The notes below the pieces were generated by a model, which saw only the letters and a list, made by a program, of their open reading frames with translations, did not search any database and had not been told where the DNA came from. 64,000 nt of DNA from the NCBI RefSeq assembly GCF_004010195.1, contig NC_057718.1, positions 79,826,944 to 79,890,943 of the forward strand. The letters run 5' to 3'. The translations under genes and the position numbers were made by a program. This DNA comes from Chiloscyllium plagiosum (lineage: Eukaryota). Of this stretch, positions 62,178-64,000 are shown one piece after another (positions within the stretch are counted from its first letter, which is position 1; every line of letters begins with the position of its first letter).

Positions 62178-62515
62178 TCTGAAGAAGTTCTGAAGAAGGG
62201 TTGCTAGACCTGAAACATTAACTCCACTTTCTCTCCATAGAAGCTGGCAGGCCTGCTCAGTTTTTCCAGCATTTTCTGGTTTTGTCTCTCGATTGTTGTC
62301 TCTCCACCATTTCTGATGACGGGTTTTTGCCTGAAACATCGATTTTCCTGCTCCTCGGATGCTGCCTGACCTGCTGTGTTTTTCCAGCACCACTTTAACC
62401 TTGACACCAAACCCCTCAGCCTGCCTTCTGAAGCGTACTCCAGCACAACGACACGCTTGGTCGTGACTCTAATCTTGACTCTAATCCCTAGCATCTGCAG
62501 TATCCACTTATGCCC
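62178..62515 (+). mobile_element. Two adjacent short Penelope-derived termini, each starting at a hammerhead motif
   Basis: CTGAAGAAGGGTTGCTAGACCTGAAACATTA at 62190-62220 and CTGATGACGGGTTTTTGCCTGAAACATC at 62313-62340. Confidence 0.8.
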
Positions 62516-62719
62516 TGAGGGATTTGGTGTGTTACAAACATCAGAATTTATGTGAATGCACCACTGTGCTCATCTTTACTGCTTTGTTTGGGCCTTTAAA
62601 CTACATGGCTGCAACTCCAGCCATTGCCTTATTTGCTTCACTGGCAAACATATTCCTCAGTCAGAAACAGTAGATCTATGTAGGTTCTTAGAGTTTCAAA
62701 CATCACCCTCAGGGAGATG

Positions 62720-64000
62720 TCACTCGAACAAGGTGCAGCCTAGTTGCTCTTGAGAAGATGGCAAGGGACTTTCCTTTTGAACTACTGCAGTCCATGTTTT
62801 TTAGGTTAATCCATAATGTCCTTAGGGAGGGAATTCCTGGATTTTGACCCAGCAACACTGAAGAAATGGTGATATATTTCCAGGTCTGGTTTGTGAGTGG
62901 CTTGGAGGGAAACTGGTATTCCCATGTATCTAATGCTCTTGTGGAAGTGGTCATGGGTTTGGAACATGCTGTCTAAGGACCTTTGGTGAATTTCTGCTGT
63001 GCATGGTGTACATGATACATACGACTTCTGCTGAGCATCGATGGTAGATGTGATGCCAGTCAAGTGGGCTGCTTTGCCTTGATACTGCAAAGCTCCTTGA
63101 GTGTTGTTGGAGCTGCTACAACCCAGGAAGGTGGGGTGTATTCCATCACACTCCTGCCTTGTGCCTTGTAGATGACAGAGAGGCTCTGGAGAGTCAGGAA
63201 GTGAGTTACTCATCGTTGTATTCCTAGTTTCTGACCTGCTGTTGCTGCCACTGTGTTTATGTAGTGAGTCCAGTTGAGTTTCAGATCAATGGTAACCACA
63301 AGGATGTTGATGGTGGAGGATTCAATGATGGTGACACTATTCACTGTCAAGGACCATTGGTTAGATTGTGTCTGTTTCTTATTGGAGATGGTCATAGCCT
63401 AGAAATTATGTAGCAAGAATGTTACTTGTCACTTGTCAGTCTGTCTGGATATTGCCCAGATTTTGCTGCATTTGACAATGGACTTCTCGGTATCCGAGGA
63501 GTCGTAAGTGTGGCAGAACATTGTGTAATCATCGATGAACATCCCCACTTCTGACCTTATGGTGGAAGGAAGGTCATTGATGAAGCAATTCATGATGGGT
63601 GGGCCGAGGACACTACCCAGAGGAACTCCTGCAGGGATCTTACAGTCATAGAGTTGTACAGCACGAAAACAGATCCTTCAGTCCAGCTTGCCCATGTCGA
63701 GCAGGTTTCCCAAAATAAACTAGTCCTATCTGCCTGCATTTGGCCCATATTCCTTTAAACCATTGGAGGAGGTTGAGATGGATCATCCACTTGGCACTTC
63801 TGGTTTGTCTGTAGGATCATTTAACTCTGTCACTGGCTTCTATACTGTTTGGCATGCAAGTAGTCCTGTTCGATAGCTTCATCAGATTGATAATTCATTT
63901 TTAGGTATGCCTGGTGCTGCTTCTGCTATGCCCTCCTGCACTGTACATTGAACCAGGGTTAATCCCCTGGTTTGATGGTAATGGTTGAGTGGGGGACATG
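62720..64000 (-). mobile_element. Decayed L2/CR1-group LINE, with a short CR1 tail inserted at ~63640-63760
   Basis: INILVVTIDLKLNWTHYINTVA and GAGTTCCTCTGGGTAGTGTCCTCGGCCCA (GVPxGSVLGP). Same family as 17050-18400. Confidence 0.8.

Noticed and set aside
1..64000. CRISPR arrays, prokaryotic operons or rRNA
   Set aside because: There is no regular repeat-spacer structure and no rRNA similarity. The sequence is vertebrate intronic DNA.

Overview
This is vertebrate genomic DNA, almost certainly from a shark or other cartilaginous fish, inferred from HE1-type SINEs and HER1/CR1-type LINEs. The only host coding sequence I can support is one 116-nt minus-strand exon (27562-27677) encoding [38 protein letters not shown]. 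It matches Parkin (PRKN) exon 6 at the RING0/RING1 junction, so the window appears to lie within very large PRKN introns. The rest is a nested set of decayed mobile elements: Penelope-like elements (RT and GIY-YIG endonuclease), several Gypsy LTR elements (one with Gmr1-type PR-INT-RT-RH order), CR1, L2/CR1-like and Rex1 LINEs, tRNA-derived SINEs, a Tc1/mariner-type MITE and Harbinger remnants. The most striking signal is about 25 minimal hammerhead-ribozyme motifs (CTGANGA-stem-GAAA-NUH), in at least four sequence families, at the ends of Penelope-derived insertions. Many insertion breakpoints coincide with the ribozyme, several insertions are fold-back hairpins, and the motifs look skewed towards the strand antisense to PRKN. 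All family assignments are from motif recognition, not database searches, and repeat boundaries are approximate unless a target-site duplication (TSD) is cited.
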